Notes under the pieces: model-generated
Told to the model about the DNA's origin: nothing
Database searches by the model: none
The model's input: only the letters and a program-made list of their open reading frames with translations
Position numbers and translations under genes: made by a program
Origin: Octopus sinensis
Lineage: Eukaryota
DNA: 64,000 nucleotides
Assembly (NCBI RefSeq): GCF_006345805.1
Contig: NC_043001.1
Span: 62,682,001-62,746,000 of the forward strand
Reading direction: 5' to 3'
Shown here: positions 1 to 14,500 of the stretch, piece by piece
How the letters are laid out: each line of letters starts with the position of its first letter
Position numbering within the stretch: position 1 is the first letter of the stretch

Positions 1-1991
1 TTTATCAAAATTTTGTTGCATACCCAATTGAATATTAGCTGATGATTCATTTTCTATGATGATGTTTAACCCTTTAGTGTTCAAACCGGCCGTAACCGGC
101 CAGAATTAATTCCCCTTAATTCAAACCGGCCAAATCCAGCCATAAACAACCACTCTACGAAATCGCTAAAAAAATAAACAAATCATGTTATTAAATTTTC
201 ATAGCTTTGAGATAATGTGAGATGAAGCCTTTCCCGCCTTTATTCAAGTATAAATACTGTGAAATTGTTTCGACCACATGGTTATTTCCATGAGTCTGAT
301 ATTGATATCAGTGATTACTCGTCGGACGAAGATTTCGATAACGAAAGTGAAGAAAATGAAAGTCATGAAAACGATAGTGTAAACAAGGCAACATGGTCGA
401 GAATTATGACACCAGTCACAATTTCTGATTTTACAGAAAACACTGGTCCACAACATAATTTACCTCCTGATGCTCAACCACTGGATTATCTATTTTTATT
501 TTTGCAAATGTTGCAGAGCAAACGAACAAATATGTGCAACATTTAATTTCTGTTCGTGGAAGACAGATTTTATTTCTGTCTTCTAACGAACAAACTGGTG
601 TTGGGGCTGAGGGGAAACCCCTCGTGAATATTTGCTACAACAAATATATGGGAAGAAATGGTGGAGGTACATTTTGTGGTTTTTAGTTAATTTAACTATA
701 GTAAATACACATTGTATACGTAAAAAGCCACAAAGTACCTCTGCCACCGAAAGACTACGACCACTTGAAATTTTGGGTTGACATTGCATCTCAGTTACGT
801 GAAGGGTTTTCTTCTAGAAGCACAGAACTGGGAGAAAAGCAAAATTAACTGAGGTGGATGTCAACAGAGAAAATATTGACACTTTCATCAAATGGAAAAA
901 ATAAATGGAAGGAACAAAGTGTGCAGACTGTGTTCGCAGCAAAAAAGAAAAACTGCAAAAGGGTACCAGATCGAGACTTCATACATGTGTTTGTTTTGCC
1001 AAGTGCCCTTGAGTAAAAGGTGCTTTGGACAATTTCACGACAGAAATATGCCATAAATGTATAATTTTGCATATTCCTTTTAATTTTATAATATAATATG
1101 TGAAAGTGAGAACTACATATTAATTTTCAGTATGTTACACACCTGGTATCACCTATGTCTTACCTGTTAATGAGATTTTTTTTATTAGATGCATTCTGTT
1201 ACGTGAATGAATTCATTAAATTGTATAAGAGTGCAAAGCCAATGGTATATTGACTAGTAAAAGAGTTTTGTACTTTCTTTTCAATGATGTTTGAATGAAA
1301 TATAGAAAAAGAGTAAAATCTTGTACCGATTACACCTGTATTTTAATTAATTCAAATTAATGTACCTCATCTTGAAAAAAGTAAAATTGTTGGCCGCTAA
1401 CATCTGGGATAATTTTAGCAGCAAACCAAACAGGTAAGATGTATTAAGAATATGAATTTTAGTGTTTATTCATAATGTTATTGTTTTTACACCTGTTAAT
1501 TAAATTTACCTGCCCATAAAAGTCAAATTTAGTGAGAAAGACCAGCTAAAATTATGTAATTATAAACCACTGGCATATAAGCACCCATTTACAAAGTTTC
1601 AAAGCTGTATGTAGAAAATTAACAAAGTTACAAGTAAATATTGTGGACACCCCACTTGAACCTGAATAAATCAAAATTAATCTGAACAGATAAGCATTAC
1701 ATTTGACAAATTAATCTGAACACTAAAGGGTTAAACAATATTTTTATATTTTTACCTTTTGCTCAATTTACCTGGATTTACCTGTAATTATAGTCATTTT
1801 GAGACAAAAGTTATGCAATAGAATTGATTAAGAACCCTTTCTTTAATTATGTTCCAAATATCACATTAATATGTTGATAAGTAAAAAAGTTACAGTTATT
1901 TAATGAAACAAGCCTAAATTCATGATTATTTTAGAATTTAATTGAAACTCATGAGGGGTGTATTTTGGTTAGAAATATAGTAACAAATGGG
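1..1991 (+). mobile_element. 3' arm of an older piggyBac-type host element, interrupted by the 70-1730 element
   Basis: 1-69 joined to 1735-1991 aligns with 6531-6846. Ends ATGGG|TTAA. Confidence 0.85.
70..1730 (+). mobile_element. piggyBac-type internally deleted DNA transposon
   Basis: Perfect 14-bp TIRs CCCTTTAGTGTTCA / TGAACACTAAAGGG with TTAA on both sides (66-69, 1731-1734). Internal acidic N-terminal transposase remnant (FTENTGPQHNLPPDAQPLDY) and a Cys-rich C-terminal remnant. Confidence 0.93.
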
Positions 1992-3054
1992 TTAAGTGTG
2001 CTATAATTCTTTCTATAACTTGCATATCCTCGTCTGTTTGATACCTGTGACTGCCTCTTTCTAATGCATCTCCTTTGCTCTTGTAGCAGCACACAAGGAT
2101 ACCTTTATACCAGTCATTGCATATAACATCTTCCTGTAATGACCAATGGCAAATGTAAAGGATATGCTCTACTTCACTAGCTATTTCAAATAATTGCAGT
2201 TATTCAGTGAATGCCTATTTTGATAAATATTTTAATAATTTCAGTAATTCATCCAGAAGAACAAGCTGCCTTTCCAACCTTCATATCCTTCACTGCACTT
2301 GGAACATAATGCTTTTAACTTGAATGGCCTGTCTCCGTTGGGTCAACTTGGAATAGATACTATTTCTCCTATGCATTCTCCACATTCAACCATACTCTTA
2401 ATAGCATTTCCCTCTTTCTTTCAGTAAATGCATACACAGGCCATACAACATGGAAAGTGTGCTAGAGGAAAGTGAGATTCAAGAGCTGTGAACAGATGCA
2501 CACTAAAACAAGAGACCAATGAGGGAACAATCTGAAATTCTACAAAAGTAGCAGCCAAATTCTGTACACATTTCTCCCTATTAGCATCATCATTCTCTCT
2601 GGCACACTGCTTGGCAGTCTGGACTGCATGTAAGAATCAAATGTGTACATAGACATGCATACATATGCAAACACACATTAAAATAATCATAAACCAATAA
2701 GAGGGCCACTGAGTAGTAGTTTGAAAAACAAAAAAAGAAAAAGAGGCAAATCTCCATGTGACAAAAGAACTTTGACAAACTAATAATAATAAAGCTAAAG
2801 TGAAGATCAAGTAAATAGCAGTATTTTATGACTAAATGTTCTTTACAATGCCAAACTGTTTTCAAACAAGGTACGCAATTCCAATGATCTGCTGTCAAAG
2901 TGATGTCCAATGAAAACTTACAAAGACAAACACACACTTTATAAACATACAAGATGAGTTTCTGCAGTGTGTCAAACAAAATTTGACAAAGAATTAACTC
3001 TAGCAATGCAAAAATATAGGATAAAAATAATATTAAACAATCAAAAATACTTAC

Positions 3055-3119
3055 AATTCTAGCAACGAATAAAGTTTTGTAAGGATCAGATGTACTGTCT
3101 GGAATGTTGTGTGGATCCC
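3055..3119 (-). CDS. SNRNP70: U1-70K coding exon 4 (65 nt), start of the RRM; gene continues left of the window
   Basis: taaag|GG completes Trp, then DPHNIPDSTSDPYKTLFVARI|gtaagt. Contains RNP2 (TLFVAR). Confidence 0.96.
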
Positions 3120-5158
3120 CTTTAATAAAAACAACGAACTCATATTTATATGGATACAAAAGATATTAAGGGAAATATCTCGCTCAGCATTTAGATTAAT
3201 CACATTACATATAAGATCAATATACAATTAAGAGGTTAGTAAAGGCTCAGTATATGTTACATTAGCATATTAGATTTGTATGGGAAAACTTTCTATAACA
3301 AAAGCCTCTCCAAGTAGACGATTCAGCAGAAAATACCTTAAAACGACTGCATTATTTTTTTTTTTAAATTCAAATAGTTATAGTGTCTTTACTGGTGGTC
3401 AAATCATTGTGAAAATTCTTAGTATTGCAGAAAATACTTTTTTTTAAATATAAAAAGGCATTTATGCAAGTGTGATTGTTAATTCAATAAAAAACAATTA
3501 AAACAGGAGAAAAAGAGATTTTAGTAGTAAATTAAAATGTAGTTAAACATTCCCCTTGTACTTTTTATAGCTGATTCCGTATGAAAGTTACTAAGAATCC
3601 TTTGAACCCATGAGCAGGCATTAGCAGACCCAACTTTACCTATACCCACTGGAAGACATAGTTTACCAGTATACAGAAAGACCATGTTGATTCAAGTGGA
3701 GGATACCACATTCATATTATATGCTCGAGAGAAGATTCAATATATGGTCATTACAAGATTCATTACCATACAATTTCAGTTGGCAGGTTGTTTGCAGGTT
3801 CAGCAGTTTTTTCACCCCATCTGTTGAAATCTACCACTTCATTAGTTTAGAGCCTTTATCACGAGAGACACTCTTGTATTGGCTTTCTGGTGCAAAATGC
3901 ACTCATGTATATACCATGAGAGTGCATTTTGCACCAACTGACCATTACATTTTATCACAGCCACATCAACTGAAGGTTTTACAAGGTTCATAATGGGCAG
4001 AAAATCTCTTTCCAGCTTTATTCAAAATTAAGGGTACTTTTATGAAGATTCTCATGGTCAAGATAGAATTTTGTACGTACTCATAAGGATGAAAAAAATT
4101 GAATAACTTGATTGTACCTATTACTAAACATTATTTCAGCTACTGTTGGTTGCCCCAATTCAAGTTCCTTTCTCAAATAGCAGCAACAACATACATACAA
4201 ATATGTATGGATTTCATCAGAGCAGCCAACTGGCTTCCGTGCCGGTGGCACGTAAAAGGGCACCATTCGAGCGTGATCGTTACAAACATCGCCTTACTGG
4301 CACCTGTGCTGGTGGCACGTGTAAAAAGATTCGAGTGAGGTTGTTGCCAGTACCGCCCGACTGGCCCCCGTGCCAGTGGCATGTAAAAAGCACCCACTAC
4401 ACTCTCGGGGTGGTTGGCGTTAGGATGGGCATCCAGCTGTAGAAACTCTGCCAAATCAAGATTGGAGCCTGGTGCAGCCATCTGATTTGCCAGCCCTTAG
4501 TCAAAATCGTCCAACCCATGCCAGCATGGAGAGCAGACGTTAAACGATGATGATGATGATGTAGGGACAAACCTGACTGGATCCATTTTATTTCACACAT
4601 AAATTTGTTGAGCAATCTTAACCAAATCCAATGGGAAAGTTAAAAAGAGAAAGAAAGTTTTCACAAGTGTCAAAGGTATTTTAAAACCAACAACCTATAA
4701 AAGGTTGTTTCATGACTGATAGTGGTTAACCAGTAAAATCTTCTCAGAGTCATCTGATGAAAAATAAGACTAGTCATACATATGGATGGAAAAAGATATA
4801 GTTATCCCCAAAGCTAACAGCTGATCTAAGTGAACCCCCCCCCCCAAAAAAAACCCCCAGATTCCTTCCCCTTGTAAAAATTTAGCAACAATTAGATGTT
4901 AATTACACATATCACAATGCAAATAAATGACATAAGAGAAATAGTGATTCAAGATCAGCTGACCAATGTGGTGCAGTGCAGATTTATGTCATACAAGAGA
5001 TTAAGAATTTAAAGTTGTGTGATGTAAATGAAGGTACTACTAATTTACCATCCACTTTCTGCAATCAGTTTAACGGCAACTAGACATCAGTAAGTCAAAA
5101 TTTATAAAATCATACATGTTCACAACAAGTATAAAACATAAAATCTCCATATACTTAC

Positions 5159-5213
5159 ACAGTGCTAAATCCTGTTCAAGTTTATAAGCGATCTGTTCTA
5201 CTCTCTCTTTGCG
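5159..5213 (-). CDS. SNRNP70: U1-70K coding exon 3 (55 nt)
   Basis: Long U-tract then catag|RKERVEQIAYKLEQDLAL+T|gtaagt, phase 1. Confidence 0.95.
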
Positions 5214-5391
5214 CTATGAAAGAAAAAAAAAAAAAAAAAAAAAAAAAACTATCTTAACATAACTCAAATTACCCTCATTCAGTAAAATAAAATGTAATAA
5301 TTTACAGACAACTGAAACTAACTGAATGTTTTCAAAGGTTTATATAATTGTGTGTATGTGTGTGTGTGTGTATGTGTATATTTTTTCAATA

Positions 5392-5598
5392 AGTGTACAA
5401 GCAACACAGGAAAAATAGTTACTCGGATAGCAAAAGTTCACATAGGTACCAGGGACGTAACAGCCTACTTATAAAGGTAAAAATTCCAGGGCTAAGTGAA
5501 ATGTTTTTGTATAACATAGATAAATAAATATATAAATAAATAGAGTTGAACGCAGGTTTTATTCAAATCTTAATACTTCCGACACATGTTTTGAAGAA
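5392..5598 (-). mobile_element. Possible Penelope-like terminal fragment
   Basis: Minus strand reads ...CAAAACATGTGTCGGAAG...AATAAA..., resembling PLE terminal repeats. No coding evidence. Confidence 0.3.
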
Positions 5599-5599
5599 A

Positions 5600-6846
5600 A
5601 GGGCTGCCGTTGGATATAAAAAAAAGGGGTGAAAAAATCCAACGGCAGAAAGGAAATCTGCTAGTGACCGCATACAGAGATAAGAGGCAGATAAATTTTC
5701 TATCTACCAGTGCACAACCATGTGTAGATGAAAATGGCACCCCGTTTATGAACCTTGGTTATAACAGGTACATGGGCGGTGTGGATTGGCTGAACCAGAT
5801 GATGAATTATCATCCAGTTGGCAGAAGGGTAATAAATGGTGGCGATACCTGGTCTGGTATATAGTAAACATGAGCATTGTAAATGCATTTATATTATATA
5901 TTAATCAGGAGGGGTTCACAAGCGGTGCGACTATCTGAAGTTCCAGGCAGGATATTCCTAAAAAAAAAAAAAATGTAGGAAGGAAAAGCAAAACCTGCCA
6001 GAGAGACATTCCTCTGAGTTCAGCCTATCTACATAAATTAGTAACAATCGGGGGTTGCAAAAGGCAGTGCTGTGAATGTCTACATCAACAAAGAAAAACT
6101 CCCAGTGGACGGCGAGTTGAAAAGTCATTCCAATGTGCATTCTGCAAGGTTGCAGTATGTAGAGTGGGATGTTCTACAACTTTCCATGATAGAAATATAG
6201 TGTAAATATTGTTTGTATATATGTAAAATTAGATTGTATAAATATTTTTCAAATTTACTTAGTTTAACTTTTTATTTTAATTTACCTGTAATTTTAATTT
6301 GCCTGTAAGGTGAGTGACAAGTTTTGATTTAATTTCTATTGTAAATCTTTATTATATACGTTCCTGTGTATTCATGTATGTGTGTGAGTATATTTCATTC
6401 AGTTGTATTTAATTTTCTAGTTTTCTTAAAAAACAAATTCCAGTATTTTAGTTTATTTTACCTTTATGATACACCTGTTGTTCTGTGCATTAAATTCAAC
6501 TGATAATCTAGTGATGTGCACAATTCTTCTATATCAAAATTTTGTTGCATACCTCAATTAAATATTAGCTGAGGACTAATTTTCTATGGTAATGTTTAAA
6601 CAAAATTTAAATATTTTTTTACCTTTTGCTGGATTTACCTGTAATTAGAGTCACTTTGAGACAAAACTTATGCAATAGAATTGATTAAAAACCCTTTCTT
6701 CAATCATGTTCCAAATATCACATTAATATGTTGATAAGTAAAAAAGTTACAGTTATTTAATGAAACTAGTCTAAATTCATGATTATTTTAGAATTTAATT
6801 GAAACTCATGAGGTGTACTTTGGTCAGAAATATAGTAACGAAAGGG
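5600..6846 (+). mobile_element. 5'-truncated piggyBac with decayed transposase
   Basis: ORF remnant KRGEKIQRQKGNLLVTAYRDKRQINFLST...YNRYMGGVDWLNQ matches piggyBac catalytic-region motifs. Ends AAAGGG followed by ATAA. Confidence 0.88.
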
Positions 6847-7190
6847 ATAATATAGTATACACTGTTAAGTGGCTGGTGATAGGAAGGGCATACAACCACA
6901 GAAACCACAACTGGAGTCTGGACAGCTCCATGTCAAACCATCCAACCCATGCCAACATGGAAAGTGGGCATTAAATGATTCTCCAAAGTTCCATCTGAGA
7001 ATACTGTCAGGCTGCTGGCTAGTAGTTCTTACTTTCCACATGCAGCTTTTAATTTTCTGGGCAAATTATAATGAAACTCTTATTAACCACATACAATATT
7101 TGAAAAATTATTATAATTAATAATATATACAATTTTTGATGACTATGCTGGATAATTCAAGAATAAAAATAACAGATAAGATAATTAAAT

Positions 7191-8499
7191 GACCTTGCTC
7201 TTACTGCAGAATCTTTGGTAGAATTGGTGAAGAAATTCCAGATATGGAAAGAAAACCAGGAATCAGGCCTTAAAGTTAAGTGAGCTAAGACCGAAGTTGT
7301 TAATAAGATGATAAAACTCTTTCCACCAGGTAAATGGCCCTGCTCAATATGTAGGAAAAGATTTGGAAGAAAATCCATTCGCTGCACCCAGTATAAACTA
7401 AGGACACATATGAAGTGCAGTGGAATCACAGGCAAAGTAACAGATGTGCGGGAACAATAAGCACTAAGAGCACACGGGACTTAGATTCTCTCAAATGCTC
7501 AGGAGGCTTTCTTGAGGTTGTAGATAGTTTCTGTTACCTAGATGACCAAATCAGCAATGGTTGAGGATGCTCTCCGTTAGCCCCCAACCTCTGTGTTCCA
7601 CTCATACACCCTATCTCACTGTATTATAATATCTGCTAGCGCCCGACCTGTGTGATTCACCCACAGGTAACAAAACTTTTCACTCGCCCTAGTGCAACAA
7701 GCCAATCTACTTCTCCACATTTCCTCCTTCATACACTATGCATAGCTCTCACACCCCAGTCCTGTCCTCATGGCCCTGTTCCTCTGTATCATTGCTATCT
7801 GGCAGCCCCCACACTCTTTAATCACACTTCATTCACAATATCCTGCCACCTATATTATGGCATTTGAACCTCAAGGGTATGTGTTGGCACTTGTCAGTAT
7901 CAATATCTTGCTCTTCCTTTACTCAACCATCACCTTTATATTCTGATACCCGTCCGTTTTTAAGTATGCCCAGTATTTTGTCACCATCTCTATCCTGCAC
8001 TTCCCTCAAGTTGGGTAACCTTTGCGGCAGCACACCCGTTTCTGTCTTTATTCCTGATCTCTCTTCCTCTCAGTCTGAGTAAACTTGTACCTCCTGAACA
8101 GCAAGACACCTGTTTCTGTCTCACTACAACCTTTCATCATCCAACACAAGATCACCTCCTCCAGTGCCCCCTCCCCTCTTGAAAGTTTATATTGTCTTGC
8201 ATGTACTTGATGACCCTGTCAGTAGAGGTGCCACTTAAAAGCACTCAGTCCACACTATTAAGTGGTTGGTGTTCAGAAGGGCATCCAGCTGTAAAAACCT
8301 TGCCAAAACTGACTTCGTCTATGCTTGTGCCATGTAAAAAAGCACTAGTGGTAGGTGTTAGGAAGGGCACCTAGCCATAAAAATCCTGCTAAAACAGCCT
8401 CAGAAGTCTGGTGCAGGCTTTTGCCTGGCCGGCTCTTGTGGAACCATCCCACCTATGCTAACAAGGAAGGCGGATGTTAAACGATTATGATGATGAATG
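7191..8499 (+). mobile_element. 5'-truncated RTE insertion flanked by a 68-bp direct repeat
   Basis: Begins DLALTAESLVELVKKFQIWK (matches 53320 onward) and ends with an RTE-type tail and (GAT)n. Flanks 7123-7190 and 8500-8567 are near-identical. Confidence 0.8.
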
Positions 8500-10446
8500 A
8501 TATATACAATTCTTCATGACTATGCTGGATAATTAAAGAATAAAATTAACAGATAAGATAATTAAATACATATCTATTTATTATATCATACCTTTTTATA
8601 GGAATTAAGATTATGTAACAAAAAAAAATATACTATTCTTGATGGATAATTAAAAAATAAAAATTCTAGATAATTCCATGTTATGCTTAATCTAAGCTTA
8701 AATACTTTACATCACTATAAATAATTACTTACTCATTATGTTAAACACTTTAATAGGAATTAATCTTACTATATAATTAATTAAAAAATTATAATTAATA
8801 GTTGAAATATTCGAATATCTTTTTAAATTTACAGCAACATCTTATATAGATCAGTGCCCAGCAAAATTCAATAAATAGGTATTTGGTTTCTTTTCTGTAA
8901 TTTTTATTTTTTAATCATCCAGTAGAAGGGTGTATTATATTAAGTAAATAGGTAATTAATTACTTTGACATAAAGTATCCAAGTTTCTATTAAGCATTAC
9001 GTAGTATTATTATCAGTAGTCTTTATTCTTTAGTAATCTATTAAGCATAACATAGAATTCTTGTTTGCAGTTTTTACTCTTTAGATGTCCAGTGACTTCA
9101 TCTACATTTGTTGATGAAGGTACTTAATTTTTAGGTTGTTATAGGTTGTTTCTTTTTGTTAGTGTTTTTTAACAGCTAAATGTATTTCACAATGTTCACT
9201 TAGAATTTCACCAATGTGGATTACCTTGATAACGTTGTATTGACAAATTGTTGTAGATAATATTATGTATATATCATCATTTAACACCCATTATCCATGC
9301 TGGCATGTGTCAGATGGTTTGACTGGACTGGCACACTGCACCAAACTCCAATCTGACTTGGCATGGTTTTCTGCATCTGGATGCCTTTCCACTCCGAGTG
9401 TGTAATGAGTGCTCTTAAGTGACATCATGGTGCTTTCATGTGCCAACTTGTGTGATACCAGTATCTGCCATGACTGAAATTTACCTCGGATTGATATATG
9501 AACAAACACACACATATATATGTTAATGCACTTGAAGTAATTGTTAGATTTTTAAGGTGTGATCTAAAATAAAGATGTGATTTTCTTTGTATATATTATT
9601 GGTTGTTTTATATATATATATATATAAATTTTTATTTTTACTTCTTTCAAAAATTTATTGGAAAAACAATGACACAAACCTTGGAATTAAGTTTTTGCAT
9701 AATAAAAATATAATGAATAAAACAAGAAAGACGTGAAAAGAAAATTGGTTTCAATCTTGTGCAAAAGTCAGTTTGAAACGAAAGAACTTGATGCTGAATG
9801 TGGAAAATCTGCAGAGAAATTAGAGTGAGCACAAGCTGAAAGACTGGTAGTGCATAGAAAGCATTAACCAATACATGTGAAGAAGAACTATGATGGAGTA
9901 GACATGCATGAGTGAAAGTGTTTTACTGCTGGAGATCACAACAAATAAAAACATGAGAAAAAACAACATAATCAGATCTGAGGCTTCACAAATTACTATC
10001 ATCATCATTATAATAATATCCACTTTTCCATGGTTGCATGGATCAGATGTAAATTTTTTTTATGGCTGGATGCCTTTTCCTGTCACCAACCCTCACTTAT
10101 TTTCAAGCAAGGCACTATTTTCACATATCACAGTTGACTGCTTACATATGATACTGTTTGTATGATAGTGACACTTGTTTACAACAATCAGATAAATATA
10201 TACATATATTCAACAGTTGTCTTTTACTTCCATTTGCAGTTTAGCATCATAACCATTGTGTATCTCTCAAACACACACTTTGAGATGTACAAATCCACTG
10301 ACTGACTACTATTCAACGTTATGCAAGACATACAAACCCAAGATTACTTAATTATTCAGATGTGTCATAAAATTATCTCCTCTCATGATTGACAGCATTT
10401 AATAAAATGAGAATATCTTAAGTTACACAATAAAAAAAAAAATTAC

Positions 10447-10509
10447 CTTCCTTTCTTTTCTTTCTTCTTTTGTTTCAATCCTAGTTGGTGGAGGTGTGTC
10501 TTTAGGATC
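10447..10509 (-). CDS. SNRNP70: U1-70K coding exon 2 (63 nt)
   Basis: ttacag|DPKDTPPPTRIETKEERKERK|gtaatt. Continues the frame and matches U1-70K [21 protein letters not shown]. Confidence 0.96.
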
Positions 10510-10771
10510 CTGTAAGCAAAAGCAGAAACATTTAATTGAAATTTTCCATTGCAAGACAGTTCTTTCACTATTCCACTTCATGTCTATATGTGATCTTCAA
10601 TCCTACTCATTTAACAACTTATGCTGTTCTGAATACATAATTCTTACAAAAACTTGTAATTATGCTGATTTCATTTAAAGCTCTAACTAGCAACTTGATT
10701 ATAATCAACATGCACTGAAACTATCTTCCACAACTCACCTTTCTAAAACCAAATCCCCTCCACCCCAGCTA

Positions 10772-11560
10772 GGAGGGTTAGCTGAAAAGTTCATAGGCTG
10801 ATCAAAATACTCTTATGAAATGTAATCAATTGAAGTTTATTTTCCCCACAGTATCCCCTTGTTGCAAGGCTTGTATCCAATTGAAGTAGCATTCATCCTC
10901 TTGGTCACAAACGTCATCAATAGCAGATGTCATCATGGTTATACTGGTTCCCAGCAAAGTGATTTTTCATGTTGAGAAACAAATAGTTAACTGGGACCAA
11001 ATCAGGAGAATAGGAATCAACCAGTTCAAAGCCAGTCATACACAACAGCCATTGAAAGCAAAAACCTTGTGTTCCTAGGTGCCTGTCCTGATAGCAAAGT
11101 GCATAGTACTTTCCTATGATAGTGTGGCCCTTTTGAAGACATTCAATTAGCACAATGCTTTTTGTATCTCAAAAAACTGAGACCATTACCTTCCCTGTAG
11201 ATGAAAGGACCATGGCCTTCTCTGGAGTAGGCGAGGAAGGGAGTTTCCACTGTATGTATTGTCTGCTTTGTCTGACTCAAAGTGATGAAGCCAACACTCA
11301 TATTGGCTTAGGGAAGACCAGCTGGAACTGCCTGAAACAATGCCAGATTTTCCTGTGATGTGATTGGTCTGGTTTGATTAGGTGTCAAAAGGCATGACAC
11401 CCACTAAGCAGAAATGTTAGCCATGCCAAGTTCATTGTGCAGAATATTCTTGACTGCCTCACAGGATACACTAATAGTATTGGCTATTTGATTTATAGTC
11501 AATTACCAGTCATTCATCACCATGTGGTGAACACAATCAATGTTTTTCTCGATGGAGGAA
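10772..11560 (-). mobile_element. Decayed mariner element (3' half)
   Basis: TA followed by TIR-like GGAGGGTTAGCTGAAAAGTTC. Remnant YSPDLVPVNYLFLNMKNHFAG matches the mariner YSPDLAPSD motif. Confidence 0.85.
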
Positions 11561-14500
11561 AATGTGGCTATCCTCTAAGAGATGATGACACTGCCATTTT
11601 AATCTCAAAAAGACTTCTCCAGCTGGTTTATTCAGTGCGCTTCTCACACCTGTTATTTATTGTAAGCAGGCGATAACTTCTGCCACCCTGGCTTCAAGAC
11701 CACCAGACCGTGTAGTTTCCATCTGTATTGGATTTCCTTGGTGGTGGGTACTCGTTAAGCATGGCAGCAGTTTATCTCACTTGCAATATATAGAAAATAG
11801 TGTCATACAATCTCTGATTTTGTAACTAGGAAACTAGTCCATTAGAAAATCTGTTCAGGATTGAAGCAGTATACAAACCAAAAAGTATTGCTTATGGTCA
11901 CATTAATGTGGCCGTCTACTAAGAGATGATACACTGCCATTTTATTTAATCCCAGGAAGACATCTCCTGGACTTAGGGAACCCTTTTCTTTTTTTTTCTT
12001 TTTTTTTACGTAATTTCATTTACAGAGTGAACTGAATTTTACATTAATGACTTGCCTATTTTTCCATAATACTTTTCTGCAGATTCAAAAGTGAATATCT
12101 TAATTGCCATTGTGTTTTGTTATAGGTGAACAGCTTCTCCTTTACAATAAATGTGTGCTTATAACAATTTAGGGATACTGGATACCTGGTGCTTCAATAT
12201 TGCTGTGTCTTGTCAGACTAATGAAACTAACAAGAGTATGAGGTACTTATATATAGGATAAGCAAACAAATCATTTGCTGATGCATGCTGTCTGCCAACC
12301 AATAATAAATTGTCATATGCATATTGAAAACCAGAATGAAAATGAAGACTCAGTTGGCAGATATCAGCATGCATGAGCAAATCATTTGTTTGCTGAAGTT
12401 ATAACCAAGAACCATGCATGTGCTCATAGTATATTCTACTCCAGTGCTTTTATAATTCCACTTAACTTTTGTGTAGCCTTAGCTTACATTAGGTACAACA
12501 CGGATATTTACCTGGGTGTACCAAGCCTTCTTTCCCCACTTCTGTTGCCTTATTATGAAGATTGCATCAATGAAACCAAGCTGCATCTCATCTAGGTCTA
12601 TTCTATCATGAAATAATTGTGCTATGACAATGTATGACTTTCATAATCTGGTCCAGCTGTTTCTCTCTAAGGCATCTCTTTTGCACTTGCTATAACTTAT
12701 GATGATACTATGCCAGCAACTGGGTATGTCACATTTCTGTATAAGTTCATTAACTATTCAGATAGTAATCATGTATGCTACCTCACCAGAAATTTTGAGC
12801 ACCTCCCCAACTATCCCTACTGTAACTGCTTTATCAACCAAGCAACTGCTGACTTCAATTGCTGGTCCTTGTTGGGCCAGTATAAGGCAGCCCCCACTTA
12901 TCTCATACATTTTCCACAATGAACACCACTGTAGTACTTCTATGCCACTTCATCTTCCATATTGATGGTAAGTATGCCTTCAACGTTTGAAACAACTTCT
13001 CGTTGAAGTCTTGGGCCTCAGAGAGTCTTGAAATCCTAAATACTTTGTCTTTGAACCTTGTTGTAGGTCAAGTGCAAATCTCTTCCTTCCTGCCTCACTC
13101 AAAACCAAATATACCTGTAGCATAGCTGCTCTTCTAGTTTTTCAATGATGCTCCCTACCACTGCCCTTCCATATCTTCCAAGCTTACCTGTTAGTACTTC
13201 TTGCCCTATCAACTATGTCATTCCAACACCACATTACTTTTGATTTGGACAGGACTTTTTAACCCTAGTTATGTCTGATCCTCAGAGCTAAATAGGTTAT
13301 TTCATAAAAATTCCAAGTTGTTATTTATATTGAAGGTATGTAGATCTTACTCCCTACAGTCAGTCAGAATTCCTCTAAACCTATTCTCGATTCTGGCAGC
13401 TTTTACTCTCCCTATCTTCCTTCTTCATAATGTCTTCTGTTTCTGCTTAGCTAGAACTCTAAAAGTACTCTTGTTCTTTCCACCCTCCCAGCCATTCTGA
13501 TCCTTATGACGTCACTGATCTTTCTCTTCAATTCCCCGTTAGGGTCATCTGCACAAATGTACACGATATAATTTGTTTATTCTAGTCTTATAATTATTTA
13601 TGGCCTTTCTGTAGTCATCATCATTTAACATGTTTTCTATGCTTGCATGAGTTGAGCAGTTTGTCAGGAACTGTACCAGGTTCTGTTGTCTATTTTGGCA
13701 TGGCTTCTACAGCTGGGTGCACTTCCTAACACCAACCACTTTACAGAATGCGCCAGGTACCTTTAATACGGCACCAGCACTGACAGGTTTACCAACTAAG
13801 GGAAGGGAGAGATGTATTGAGGGGGTGTTGGCTGTGCTCATTGAGAGATTAAAGGTATAGAGGGACACTCTTGCTGTATAGTAGATACATGGATATTCCA
13901 ATTGGAAAAGTGAGTGAGTTAGAGCCTGCCACTCTTGCTGTATACATGGATATTCCAATTGGAAAAGAGAGTGACTTAGAGACCAAGATGGCAAAGAGGT
14001 GTTGGGACATACCTTTGAGTGATATTTACACGGTGGGAACAGGAGAAGTGACACATATTTAGAGTGGCTGAGCGGACAGGATTAAGGTGACTAGCAAATG
14101 GAGAGATATGAGAGGATTGGGTGGGGGGTTGCTGTAGATATGAGAGGGCATTGAGAGTAACAACTGGTAAGCAATAATATTAAAAGGCACAGGCATGGCT
14201 GTGTAGTAAGAAGCTTGCTTCCCAACCACATAGCTCCGGGTTCAGTTCCACTGAATGGCACCTTGGGCGAGTACCATTTACTATAGCTTCAGGTTGACCA
14301 AAGCCTTGTGAGTGGATTCGGTAGACGGAAACTGAAAGAAACCCTTCATATGTATGTATTTGTGTGCATCTGTGACGGTCTATCCCCCACCATTGCTTGA
14401 CAACCAATGTTGGTGGTTTTACATCCTTTGCAGTTCAGCAAAAGACTGAAACAAATAAAAGAACAGAGGAGAGAGAAAACAGAAAAGGAGGTGATTGGTG

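Noticed and set aside
2590-3159. 189-aa ORF
   Set aside because: Only 3055-3119 is the SNRNP70 exon; the rest is T-rich intron read-through with no recognisable protein.
4225-4400. Palindromic repeats with spacers resembling a CRISPR array (also 34150-34335)
   Set aside because: The spacers are homologous to each other, the unit is part of the RTE 3' UTR, the context is eukaryotic and there are no cas genes.
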